A stretch of DNA of 64,000 nucleotides, from the NCBI GenBank assembly GCA_035530855.1, contig DATKUA010000137.1, positions 25,893 to 89,892 of the forward strand. Reading direction: 5' to 3'. Positions 19,045 to 28,285 of the stretch are shown here, one piece after another; position 1 is the stretch's first letter, and every line of letters starts with the position of its first letter. The position numbers and the translations under genes are program-made. The notes beneath the pieces were generated by a model. The model searched no databases and was not told the DNA's origin. It was given only the letters and a program-made list of their open reading frames with translations. The stretch comes from Acidobacteriota bacterium. GTDB taxonomy: Bacteria; Acidobacteriota; DATKUA01.

Positions 19045-20126
19045 AGAGAATCTTGATTCTCAAGAGGACGTCCTTCGGCGATATCATCCACGCCTTGCCA
19101 GTCATCCCGGCTATCAGAAACAGCCATCCGGACTCAGAGATAACCTGGCTGACCGAACTCGGCTACGGGCCGTTTTTGCGCGCCGTGGAGGGAATCGACA
19201 CGGTTGTGGAGATCGGATTGCGATCGATGCTCCGCCGGGGGCGGATTGGTGATTACTTCAGAAGGCTGCGTTCGCTGCGTAAGGGCGGCGAATTCGATGT
19301 GCTTATCGATTTGCAGGGCACGCTGAAATCATGGCTGCTGATTATGCGGGCAAGGGCTCGCCGCAAGATCGGATTCAATCGGGCCGACGCGCGCGAGCCA
19401 TTGGTCACTCGTCTATATTCGGATCAGGCGCCGCCGATGCCCGATGATTTTCATATAATCCAGCAGAACCTGAAGCTTCTTGAAAGTGTTGGAATTGAAG
19501 CTGAAGAAACTAAATTCCCGCGGATTAAAAACGCTCCCGAGCAAACGGCATACATCGATAAGTGGCTCGCAAGGCATGGCCTGAACGCCGATCCCGGTTT
19601 TGTGGTAATCAATCCCTTTACCGCCTGGCGCACCAAGAGCTGGCCGCTGGAACACGCTGCCGCCCTCTGCCGAATGGTACGCCGCGAGCTCGGGTCGAAG
19701 TCGCTGCTGCTCTTCGGCCCGAAAGAGAAGGAGGAGGTCGGGGAGGCGGTGAAGCTGTCGGAGGGAGCCGCCATGCCCGCCCCGCCGACAGATATACTGC
19801 AACTCCTGGCGCTGCTCCGCCGCACAAGGGCTTATGTGGGCGGAGACACCGGCCCAACTCACCTGGCCGCTGCCTTGCGAGTGCCGTTGGTTGCGATGTT
19901 CGGACCGACTGATCCGCAACGCAACGGACCGATCGATCCCGCCGACCCCGTCATCCGGGCAGACCTGGGATGCGATCGCTGCAGCCGAAACACATGCCCC
20001 GAAAGTGATAACCGCTGGGCCGAGTGCATGCGCAGGATCTCCCCGGATACTGTGCTGCAGTCGCTGCGCGTCAGGCTGGAAACAGCTGCAACCGCAACTT
20101 TGATCAATTCAGGCAAACCATTCTGA
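19041..20126 (+). CDS. Second GT9 heptosyltransferase (WaaC/WaaF/WaaQ-like)
   Basis: N-terminal FGDIIHALPVIPAI and C-terminal GGDTGPTHLAAALRVPLVAMFGPTD. Its ATGA overlaps hldC. Confidence 0.7.
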   Translation: MKRILILKRTSFGDIIHALPVIPAIRNSHPDSEITWLTELGYGPFLRAVEGIDTVVEIGLRSMLRRGRIGDYFRRLRSLRKGGEFDVLIDLQGTLKSWLLIMRARARRKIGFNRADAREPLVTRLYSDQAPPMPDDFHIIQQNLKLLESVGIEAEETKFPRIKNAPEQTAYIDKWLARHGLNADPGFVVINPFTAWRTKSWPLEHAAALCRMVRRELGSKSLLLFGPKEKEEVGEAVKLSEGAAMPAPPTDILQLLALLRRTRAYVGGDTGPTHLAAALRVPLVAMFGPTDPQRNGPIDPADPVIRADLGCDRCSRNTCPESDNRWAECMRRISPDTVLQSLRVRLETAATATLINSGKPF

Positions 20127-20156
20127 TCGATCCGGTTTTTCAAAACCTACGCTGAA

Positions 20157-20903
20157 TCAGAGCGAATAGAGAGTAAGCAACGGCAGACCGAGTGTCATTC
20201 GCAGTTTGGAGCGGAAAGCGCTGCGAAGGGTGGCTTCGAGAGTCTCGGAATCCATTGAGTCGCGGTGAGGTTTCAGTTTTTGCTCGACACTCCTGGCGAT
20301 TTTTTTCCTGGTCTCCTCGTCGATCGCAGACTCCGCAGCGGACATCATTTGCTCGTCCAGGTCACGCAACTGCTCTTCGAGTTCTCCAAGATCGGGAGTC
20401 CGGCCGCAGAATTCTCTCAACGCAGCCAGTTTTGCCGCCATCGCAATAAGCGCCTCGCCGGGTTCCGTTCGTTCACTCACCCTTGAGCGCTCTGCGGCGT
20501 GACGAAGATCAAAGACAAGACTGTCGAGGATCGAGACGACCTCTTCGCCGGTCTGCTTGCTCGATACAGGCTCCTCATCGCGGGCGGCCTCGATCTCGAT
20601 TGTTTTGTATTCCTTCCACTCGCGCTGCACGGCCCAACGGCACCAGCTTAGGTTGCGAACCTCTTCGTCGGGTTCCTCCGACTCGGCAAGCTTCTTGAAG
20701 TAGGCGTTGCGTATGCCGCGCAGGACGCATGAGAGCGGCACGCCGCGGTCGAACCAGCCCTTGGCAAGCTGATAATCGGCAGGAGAGAGCAGAAGGCTCC
20801 GGCCACGGAGCGCAGAAAAAAGAGCTTCGATCTTGAGGAAATAGCTCTTAGTGTAGTCCTGCTCGCCGTCGAAGTCGAAACGCTCTTGTTCGTTGTCAAT
20901 CAT
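20157..20903 (-). CDS. DnaD-domain-containing protein with a charged coiled-coil C-terminal extension
   Basis: The N-terminal block YFLKIEALFSALRGRSLLLSPADYQLAKGWFDRGVPLSCVLRGIRNAYFKK matches the DnaD_dom consensus (RpLSpxexexLxxWxexGxxxexIxxALxxA). The start is taken at the ATG at 20903, 8 nt inside the upstream PTP gene. The track's longer start at 21041 is rejected. Confidence 0.5.
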   Translation of the reverse strand: MIDNEQERFDFDGEQDYTKSYFLKIEALFSALRGRSLLLSPADYQLAKGWFDRGVPLSCVLRGIRNAYFKKLAESEEPDEEVRNLSWCRWAVQREWKEYKTIEIEAARDEEPVSSKQTGEEVVSILDSLVFDLRHAAERSRVSERTEPGEALIAMAAKLAALREFCGRTPDLGELEEQLRDLDEQMMSAAESAIDEETRKKIARSVEQKLKPHRDSMDSETLEATLRSAFRSKLRMTLGLPLLTLYSL

Positions 20904-21363
20904 CACACTTCTTCGGAAATCGCTTTTCGACGTATCCCTCGACGGCATCTTCGAGGAGCGCGAAAGTTTCGTGGTAGCTGTCGACATCACCCCCATAAGG
21001 ATCGTTGATTTCCGGGCCAGATGCCGCGCCGAACTCCCCAAGCAGGCTAATGTGAACGGCCAGCGCTTCGCTATGGGTCTGCAGCATAGCCCTTTGAACC
21101 TGCTCCATCACCAGTATCTCGTCATAATATTCCAGGTCAGCCGTGGTGATCTGGCGTGCGCGGTGGTCATCAATGGAAAACCCATGCGACCTCGCCACCT
21201 CGCGCGCTGAATCGGAAGCGGGGTAACCCGAGAGCGCGCCGATCCCGGCCGAATCGATCTCTACTCCATCAATGCCGCGGTTTTCCAGCAGCTTGCGCAT
21301 ATATCCCTCGGCCATCGGCGAGCGGCATATGTTTCCATGGCATACAATAAGGATCTTTCGCAA
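20896..21363 (-). CDS. Low-molecular-weight protein-tyrosine phosphatase (LMW-PTP)
   Basis: P-loop CHGNICRSP (the C-x-G-N-x-CRS signature) near the N-terminus, and a DPYGG(D) general-acid motif near the C-terminus. There is no in-frame ATG upstream of the P-loop; the likely TTG start is at 21363 (LRKILIVCHGN...). Confidence 0.8.
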   Translation of the reverse strand: MRKILIVCHGNICRSPMAEGYMRKLLENRGIDGVEIDSAGIGALSGYPASDSAREVARSHGFSIDDHRARQITTADLEYYDEILVMEQVQRAMLQTHSEALAVHISLLGEFGAASGPEINDPYGGDVDSYHETFALLEDAVEGYVEKRFPKKCDD

Positions 21364-21437
21364 CCAGCTTTCCCCCCGGCTCCTTGACGCTCTATCGAAC
21401 CGGTCAATATACTTAGTATAGACGAGCGCAGAACTCA

Positions 21438-22829
21438 ATGGAGAGTATACGCCTAGGACAGATTCTCACAATAGCCGACGCTGCCGGCAAGAGCGAAGGT
21501 GTATCCGCATACCTGGTAGGGGGTTCGGTTCGCAGGTTGCTCGCCGGACGGCGGATGAGCGATCTCGACGTGGTTGTCGACGCCCCTAGGGGTGCGTCCC
21601 GTCTTGCCGAAATCCTCTCACAAAAAGTTCCGTACGCTGCGCGGCCTGTAGCGGTAGGCTCTTTCCCCATGGTAGAGGTACGCTGCGGAGACATATCGAT
21701 TCAGATCAGCGAACCTCTACGCAATATCACCATGGACATTTCAGGCCTCGGCGGACCGCTGAGCGACGCGATGAAGCAAGACGTCTTGCGACGCGATTTC
21801 ACCGTGAACACACTGCTTTGCCCGGTCGGGACTCCGGCTCCCGAGAACATAATTGATGCCCTCGGCTACGGCCTGAGCGATTTTGAGCGGAGGATACTCC
21901 GAACTCCACTCGAGCCGCAGGAAACGATCGGCAACGATCCCATCCGCATGCTCCGTGCCGTCCGCTTCTCAAACCTCGAGGGCTTTGCCATCGATCCCGC
22001 GCTTGCTGCGGCCATCCGTGCCGGCGCTCCCAAGATTACCACCACGCCCGGGGAGCGGATTAACATGGAGCTATCAAAGATACTCATGGGTTCTGAACCT
22101 TCAGAGGGCATTCGAGCCTTGGTTGAGCACGACCTGCTGCGCTTCACTCTGCCGGAGTTGTCCGATCTCGCGCAAGTCGAGCAGCCTACCGATTACCACG
22201 GCGACGATGTGCTCAGCCACACCCTGAAGGTCCTCGACAATACAAAACCCGAGTTGCGGCTGCGGCTGGCGGCTCTGATGCACGACCTGGGCAAGAAATC
22301 GACGAAAACGGAAAAAGAGGGGCGCGTCGTATTCCATGGCCATCAGTACACCGGCGCCAGCGAAGCCAAGCGGGTGCTGCAACGCCTGCGCTATCCGGCA
22401 AAGCTGGTTGACGAGGTCGCCGCGATGGTGGAGATGCACATGGTAGCCTACCGGCAAGAGTGGTCGGACACTGCCGTGAGACGCTTTATTCGCAAGGCGG
22501 GTGAACAACTCGACGACCTGATGGAGCTCTACCGAGCCGATATACTTGCGCGCAAGCCGCCACATGACGACCTGGCCGAATTCGAAGACCTCAAGAAACG
22601 AATCGATGCAGTGGATGCGGAAGAGATCCGCAAAATTGCCTCGCCGCTGAGCGGTGATGAGGTAATGGAAATATTGGATCTGGAGCCGGGTCCGGAGGTC
22701 GGTAATGCGATCGAGGCTATCGAGTCGGCAATTGTGGACGGTAAGTTGACTGCCGACAGCCAGGCGGCACGGAACTTTCTGCTGAAAGAGTTCGTCTCGA
22801 AGCGTATGGAAGGACAACCCGGCGAATGA
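21438..22829 (+). CDS. tRNA nucleotidyltransferase / poly(A) polymerase family protein with a C-terminal HD domain (CCA-adding-enzyme-like)
   Basis: PolyA_pol head domain (GGSVRRLLAGRRMSDLDVVVD with the two Asp), an RNA-binding region, and an HD motif (LMHDLGK). Confidence 0.75.
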   Translation: MESIRLGQILTIADAAGKSEGVSAYLVGGSVRRLLAGRRMSDLDVVVDAPRGASRLAEILSQKVPYAARPVAVGSFPMVEVRCGDISIQISEPLRNITMDISGLGGPLSDAMKQDVLRRDFTVNTLLCPVGTPAPENIIDALGYGLSDFERRILRTPLEPQETIGNDPIRMLRAVRFSNLEGFAIDPALAAAIRAGAPKITTTPGERINMELSKILMGSEPSEGIRALVEHDLLRFTLPELSDLAQVEQPTDYHGDDVLSHTLKVLDNTKPELRLRLAALMHDLGKKSTKTEKEGRVVFHGHQYTGASEAKRVLQRLRYPAKLVDEVAAMVEMHMVAYRQEWSDTAVRRFIRKAGEQLDDLMELYRADILARKPPHDDLAEFEDLKKRIDAVDAEEIRKIASPLSGDEVMEILDLEPGPEVGNAIEAIESAIVDGKLTADSQAARNFLLKEFVSKRMEGQPGE

Positions 22830-23341
22830 ACCGAACCCAGACGATCATCATCGGCGTCGCCTTGATTATCCTGGGAGCGTACCTGCTGCTCAGCGAGTAC
22901 GGCTACCCGTTCAGAATCCATGTCTCCTGGCCGGTGATTCTTCTCGTGGTGGGGGGAGCGCTGATCGCCGCGTACTACATCTCCAAACCGAAAACGACAT
23001 ACCTGTTTTCAGGCAGCCTGGTCTTTTGGCTCGGCGTGTTCTTTATGCTGATGGAGAACGCGCTTGAGTACTACTACGGATACTCGCACCTCTGGCCGGG
23101 ATTTATTATTGTGATTGGCCTTGCCCACCTGACGACCGCGGTCCTCAGTCAGTCGGCCAGAAAACACCTCGCTGCGGCATCGTTATTCATCGCCGTGGGC
23201 GTCGTGCTGCTGTTCTTCACTTTCACGGGATGGAGAACGATCAGGTCGATCAACGTCATCACCGCTATCGCGGTAATCACCATCATCATCGGCTTCAAAT
23301 ACGTCCTCGAGTTCTTTCTGACAATCAGGGAGAAGAGATGA
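22826..23341 (+). CDS. Small integral membrane protein (4-5 TM), function unknown
   Basis: Hydrophobic segments throughout. Its ATGA overlaps the upstream stop, and its stop overlaps the nfo start. Confidence 0.5.
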   Translation: MNRTQTIIIGVALIILGAYLLLSEYGYPFRIHVSWPVILLVVGGALIAAYYISKPKTTYLFSGSLVFWLGVFFMLMENALEYYYGYSHLWPGFIIVIGLAHLTTAVLSQSARKHLAAASLFIAVGVVLLFFTFTGWRTIRSINVITAIAVITIIIGFKYVLEFFLTIREKR

Positions 23342-24192
23342 CCGGACCCCGCCTGGGAGCTCACATGTCGATCGCAGGGGGGGTGGACCTAGCTGTCGAT
23401 CGCGGCGTGAGTGTTGGTTGCGACACCATCCAGATCTTCACAAAGAACAGCAACCAGTGGCGCGCCAAACCCCTGTTGGCAGAGGATATCGCTGGCTTCA
23501 AGCAAAAGCTGGAGAGATCGGGAATCAACCCGGTTGTCGCACACGACTCCTATTTAATCAACCTCGCCTCGCCTGAGCCGGAGTTGCTGGAGCGCTCGCG
23601 CAACGCGTTCTTCGAGGAGATGAAGCGGGCGGAGGCACTCGGGATACCTTACCTGGTGATGCATCCCGGCTCTCACAAAGGCAGCGGAGTCGACGCAGGC
23701 CTGCGGACCATCGCCGAGAGCTTCGATCTGCTGCATGAGAAAACCGCCGGCTTACAACTTGCGGTTTTGCTGGAAACGACGGCCGGCCAGGGAACAAATC
23801 TCGGTTTCACCTTCGAGCAACTGCGCAGAATCATCGACATGACCTCGGAGGGCGGACGGTTGGGTGTCTGCCTCGATACCTGCCACGCTTTTACGGCCGG
23901 CTACGACATCGCTACCAGCGATGGTTACGGAAGAATGTGGCAAGAGTTCGACGGCGAAATCGGCCTCGACCGCCTCAAGGTAATCCACCTGAATGATTCA
24001 AAAAAGGATCTCGGCAGCCGGGTCGACCGCCACGAGCACATCGGCAAGGGCACACTTGGTCTGGAACCTTTCCGGATGCTGGTCAACGACGAGCGTCTGC
24101 GTGAAATCCCGATGATCCTCGAGACGCCAAAGGGACCTGACTACGCCGAGGACAAGGAAAATCTCGCGATACTACGCAATATGATAGAGTAG
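23338..24192 (+). CDS. nfo: Endonuclease IV (deoxyribonuclease IV, AP endonuclease family 2)
   Basis: MTGPRLGAHMSIAGG at the N-terminus, plus the family's conserved metal-binding motifs LETTAGQG, HLNDSK and ILETP. Confidence 0.85.
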   Translation: MTGPRLGAHMSIAGGVDLAVDRGVSVGCDTIQIFTKNSNQWRAKPLLAEDIAGFKQKLERSGINPVVAHDSYLINLASPEPELLERSRNAFFEEMKRAEALGIPYLVMHPGSHKGSGVDAGLRTIAESFDLLHEKTAGLQLAVLLETTAGQGTNLGFTFEQLRRIIDMTSEGGRLGVCLDTCHAFTAGYDIATSDGYGRMWQEFDGEIGLDRLKVIHLNDSKKDLGSRVDRHEHIGKGTLGLEPFRMLVNDERLREIPMILETPKGPDYAEDKENLAILRNMIE

Positions 24193-24201
24193 CAATCCGG
24201 C

Positions 24202-25203
24202 ATGCGAATCAAAACCAAAGCCCCCTGCCGTATCGACCTGGCCGGAGGCACACTCGACATTCCCCCACTCTTTCTTCTTCTCCCCGAAGCCTGCACTGTT
24301 AATCTCGCCATCAGCGTGACCGCCGAGGTCGAGATCGAGGATACTGACGGCGAATTAATCGAGTTGAGTTCGGTGGACAGCGGAATAAGCTGGTCCACCA
24401 AGCCGCGTAGCGGGCAGATGCCTCCCCCCGGCCTGGAACTGGCCGCGACTGTAGTCGGCCATCTCGCACCGGAAGGCGGTCTCGCTGCCAGGACAAAATC
24501 CAATTCCCCGCCGGGGGCGGGAATCGGCGCCTCTTCCGCCCTCTGCGTTGCCCTGGTGAAAGCTCTTTTGACCAGGAAACGTGTTTCCCTCGAAGCAGCA
24601 GATTTCGTGCGGCTGTGCCTTGACCTGGAGGCTCGCGTTTTGGGCACGCCGGCCGGTTACCAGGACTTTTACGCAGCGCTCAACGGAGGCCTGCAGGACA
24701 TAACCTACGAGCCCGGCAAGATCACCGCCGCGCGCCTAGATACCGACCCGGATACCCTACGAAATCACATTTTGCTCGCCTACACGGGAAAACCGCACCA
24801 TTCGGGACTTAATAATTGGGAAGTCTTTAAACGATTCATCGACGGAAACCGGCGCGTGCGCTCAGCCTTGTGCGAGATCGGCTACACAGCCGTGCAGATG
24901 GCGGGTGCACTGCGTTCCGGCGACCTCGACGCGGTCGGGCACCTGCTCGCGCGCGAGTGGGCCCAGCGCAAAGAACTCTGGCCGGGGGTCTCAACGCCGG
25001 CGATAGATGAGCTCATCGGAAGAGCCGAAAAACTCGGTGGCGCCGGCAAGGCATGTGGCGCCGGAGGGGGAGGCTGCGTTATCCTCTGGCACGACGGCCG
25101 GCGGGAAGTTTTAAACCAACTCCGGCGCGCGCTTGATGAACTGGGGGCAAAAGAGCTGGATTGGGAGCCGGATATCAACGGTTGCCGGATCTCCAAAGCA
25201 TAA
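24202..25203 (+). CDS. GHMP-family sugar kinase (heptose-7-P/galacto/mevalonate-kinase-like)
   Basis: GHMP motif II PPGAGIGASSA and a C-terminal GAGGGGCV glycine-rich motif. Confidence 0.7.
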   Translation: MRIKTKAPCRIDLAGGTLDIPPLFLLLPEACTVNLAISVTAEVEIEDTDGELIELSSVDSGISWSTKPRSGQMPPPGLELAATVVGHLAPEGGLAARTKSNSPPGAGIGASSALCVALVKALLTRKRVSLEAADFVRLCLDLEARVLGTPAGYQDFYAALNGGLQDITYEPGKITAARLDTDPDTLRNHILLAYTGKPHHSGLNNWEVFKRFIDGNRRVRSALCEIGYTAVQMAGALRSGDLDAVGHLLAREWAQRKELWPGVSTPAIDELIGRAEKLGGAGKACGAGGGGCVILWHDGRREVLNQLRRALDELGAKELDWEPDINGCRISKA

Positions 25204-25279
25204 TCAAATAGAACCAAAACAGCAATTATGTATTAAAATATAGGGAAGTCACTTTGCTTGATACGTCTGGAGAACAGCG

Positions 25280-25501
25280 ATGTACGAGGAAGACGATTCT
25301 TACGGTGAGTTAATTCGAAGACCCCGCAAGAAAATCAACAAGGACAAGCATGCTCAGCAATACCGCCGAGATCGCGAGGACGATGGCGGCAAACGTAGCG
25401 GAGATTACACCCGCGGACGGGAAAAGAAGCCTGTTCACCGAATTCTCGAAGAGTGGGAAGAGGACGACGATAGCGAAGAGAAAGAAGGCTCCGGGCAGTA
25501 G
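25280..25501 (+). CDS. 73-aa highly charged, predicted disordered small protein
   Basis: A GGAG SD 7 nt upstream of the ATG. The product MYEEDDSYGELIRRPRKKINKDKH...EEDDDSEEKEGSGQ has a basic centre and acidic ends. The coding status is uncertain. Confidence 0.35.
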   Translation: MYEEDDSYGELIRRPRKKINKDKHAQQYRRDREDDGGKRSGDYTRGREKKPVHRILEEWEEDDDSEEKEGSGQ

Positions 25502-25599
25502 CCCTGCGGAACTAATTTAGGGATCAGCAATCGCTGTCCCGATTCATTCGTTTCTGATGCAGCCGGAGGTCTGCTCATTAGTTGGCGGATTCGCTGTTT

Positions 25600-28167
25600 T
25601 CAGCTGTTGATATGTACTGCGACGGCCGTAATGTCGTCCTCGAAAGTCTCGTCACCGCGGAACTTACGCAATGAGCTTGCGAGAGAATCGAGCAGCTTCT
25701 TGGGCTCCCGTGGTCCGGTGACACTCAGCAAGCTCAGCAAACCCTCGTAGCCGAGCTCACTCCGTGATTCGTCCTTTGATCGAATCTCTACAACTCCATC
25801 GGTGACCAGAACGATTGTATCGCCCCGTTTCAGATTCGCCTCGGCCTCGACGTAAGCTGAGCGCGAGGAAGCGCCTGGTGGCAGCGGGTAGGATTCCATT
25901 TCAAGGAAATGAGCGCTGCCCTCGGCAGGGATCAGGATCGGCTCGGGAACTCCGGCATTGCTCCAGCGGATTTTCTTCTCTTCAAGATCGATTACGGCGT
26001 ACATCACGGCAGCGAAGGAACGTGCAGAAGTGTTTCGTACGAGGTAGCGGTTGAGACGCTGCATTGTTTCCGAGACTGAAGCGCTCTCCTCGGCGATGAG
26101 CCGAACTGAAGAGATGGTCGCAGCCATATTTATCGCTCCGGCGACCCCCTTACCGACGATATCGCCGACGATTATTCCCAGGCGTTTGGCACCGTATTCA
26201 ATAAATGTGTAAAAGTCGCCGCCCACTTCCTCCGCAGGCAGGCTTAGGGCCGCCACCGAGGCACCCTTCAATCTTGGCGGCGCGGCGGGCAGCATGCTTT
26301 GTTGAATCTCCCTGCCAATCTGAAGCTCCCGCTGTATCCTCTCCTTCTCAGCGGCCTCGGCTGCCAGACGTTGGTGCTCCAGACCATGGGCCGTCTGGTC
26401 CGCAAGCAGGCCGAGCAGGTCGATGTCCTCGAAGTTGTATTCCTGCTCGGAGAGCTTCGCTCCTAGAAAGAGGAATCCAATGATTTTGCTCTCGCGGCGG
26501 ATCGGGAGGCAGATGTCGGCGCCCAGTCGGACGAATGAATCCCTCGCCCGTCCGTCCCCGGAGGAGCGCTCCTCGCTCAATTCGCGAAGACCAAGGAATT
26601 TTCGGCTGCGGTCGAAGGTCCGCTTGAGGTCCTCCACGGCGGTGCTCTCCAGCGTGGTGCCTAATAGCGCTTTGGGGGTGGCGCACTCGACTCCGGCTTC
26701 GCCTCCGTTGGCGATCAGTGCTACAGCCACGCTCTTCGGATGGACCATGCGCTCAGCGTTTTCGATGACGATCCGCAACATATTCTGCCTGTCAGCAGCT
26801 CGGTCGAGCACCGAGGTAAGCTCACGCAATGCCAGCTTGTAGTTGTATTTTTGCCGGTAGAAGCGCTTGTCGACAAATTCCTGCACTCTGCGCTTCAACC
26901 GCCCGAGTGTAACCCCGATCAGCAACGCCCAGGCGGCAATGGCAACCCGCTGGACATTCGGATCGAGCAGGAAGCGGTCTATCGAATTCTGTGCGCCTCC
27001 GGTCTGCGGCAGTAAATCTTGGACAATGAAAAGAAGGCCGAATACAACGGCGAAGACGGCGCCGGTGACCAGGAGCACTGCTCCGGTAACCAGAGTGTAA
27101 ACAAGACCCCGGCGCAGAATCAGCTCCATCTGCATCGCCCGGTAGCGGACGATCGCATAGAAATTGGCCAGCGGGATGAAGAGCAACGAGATCGCGAGAA
27201 TCCACTCCGGCAACGGCAGCCCGAATCCAACTATGTTTTCGAGCAACATCATCAGGGCTAGGGAGGCGAGCGGTATGGACGTGCCGAAAATGATCCAGCG
27301 GATCCTACGCTTCTCCTCTATTTCGCCGGTTCGGAGATACGTTGCCAGTAGAGTCGCGACGGCCAGCGCAATATAGACAATGTATATGGTTATCAGCACG
27401 CCGTAATATGTGCCAAGAGCCACCTGCAGGAAGTTTTGGGCGTTGTTCGAGAGTCGCGACAGGAATACAATTACCAGATAGCCAAGCATCAGCAGGCCCG
27501 CTGTTCCGTAGACCAGCGGCAGCGTCCAGGGGCGCAAAGCAAGACCTCTCGGCATGGGGAAAACCAACGCGAAGTCGAGAACGCAAGCGGACGAGAATAT
27601 TGCTGCGCCAAAAACGAGAAATGCAGCGATCAAGAATCCGATATCGTTCGGATCCCCATGGAGTCCTTCTGGTAACAGCAAAACTCCCATCAGCATGGAA
27701 AAATAGCCCCAGGAATTTGCCGCCCGGTACTGAGGCCGCGCGAAAAAGACCCAGCAGCCCATTACCACGTACACAAGCCCGATCAAGGCCATCACGTAGA
27801 GCATGGCTGTCTGGGTATTGCTCACGCCTGTCAAGGTTACATCGGTCAACACGCCGGCGCGGCGTGTTTTTAGAGTGATCGAGGGCATGCTGAGGGCGTA
27901 ACTGGTGCACGACACGCAGTCACCCGGCGATTCGGGAACGCGGTCGTCGAATTGCAGCAACACGTCACCTTCTCGCAGGCCCGCACGGTCGGCGGCGCCG
28001 CTGGGCTGAATCCTGCTGACCACAGCCTCGCCGCGCTCGGCGTCGAAAGCGAGCCCGAAACCATAGTCAAAGGAAAATAGATTAGCAAGAAAGAGGTAAC
28101 CTGCTGCCACTACGCAGATCGTTGTTACGGCGGCGAATATTAACTTCTTGCGAAAGGTGGTCTTCAA
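25600..28167 (-). CDS. Membrane-integrated sensor serine phosphatase with PDZ, multi-TM, GAF and PP2C (SpoIIE/RsbU-type) domains
   Basis: N-terminal TM, then a PDZ-like region (VVSRIQPSGAADRAGLREGDVLLQFDD). About 8 TM helices follow, then a GAF-like region. The C-terminal PP2C domain has GGDFY and DGVVE metal-binding motifs. The TTG start at 28167 is preceded by a CCGGAGAGG SD. Confidence 0.75.
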   Translation of the reverse strand: MKTTFRKKLIFAAVTTICVVAAGYLFLANLFSFDYGFGLAFDAERGEAVVSRIQPSGAADRAGLREGDVLLQFDDRVPESPGDCVSCTSYALSMPSITLKTRRAGVLTDVTLTGVSNTQTAMLYVMALIGLVYVVMGCWVFFARPQYRAANSWGYFSMLMGVLLLPEGLHGDPNDIGFLIAAFLVFGAAIFSSACVLDFALVFPMPRGLALRPWTLPLVYGTAGLLMLGYLVIVFLSRLSNNAQNFLQVALGTYYGVLITIYIVYIALAVATLLATYLRTGEIEEKRRIRWIIFGTSIPLASLALMMLLENIVGFGLPLPEWILAISLLFIPLANFYAIVRYRAMQMELILRRGLVYTLVTGAVLLVTGAVFAVVFGLLFIVQDLLPQTGGAQNSIDRFLLDPNVQRVAIAAWALLIGVTLGRLKRRVQEFVDKRFYRQKYNYKLALRELTSVLDRAADRQNMLRIVIENAERMVHPKSVAVALIANGGEAGVECATPKALLGTTLESTAVEDLKRTFDRSRKFLGLRELSEERSSGDGRARDSFVRLGADICLPIRRESKIIGFLFLGAKLSEQEYNFEDIDLLGLLADQTAHGLEHQRLAAEAAEKERIQRELQIGREIQQSMLPAAPPRLKGASVAALSLPAEEVGGDFYTFIEYGAKRLGIIVGDIVGKGVAGAINMAATISSVRLIAEESASVSETMQRLNRYLVRNTSARSFAAVMYAVIDLEEKKIRWSNAGVPEPILIPAEGSAHFLEMESYPLPPGASSRSAYVEAEANLKRGDTIVLVTDGVVEIRSKDESRSELGYEGLLSLLSVTGPREPKKLLDSLASSLRKFRGDETFEDDITAVAVHINS

Positions 28168-28285
28168 CTCTCACCTCTCCGGCCATCTTGCTGGCAGCGG
28201 TATTATGGTTGCACTGCCACTGCTCCGCAAGCAACCCCATCTTCATGCCGGCGTCCCGTTTTCCGGCCGAAGCCACAATGCGGTA

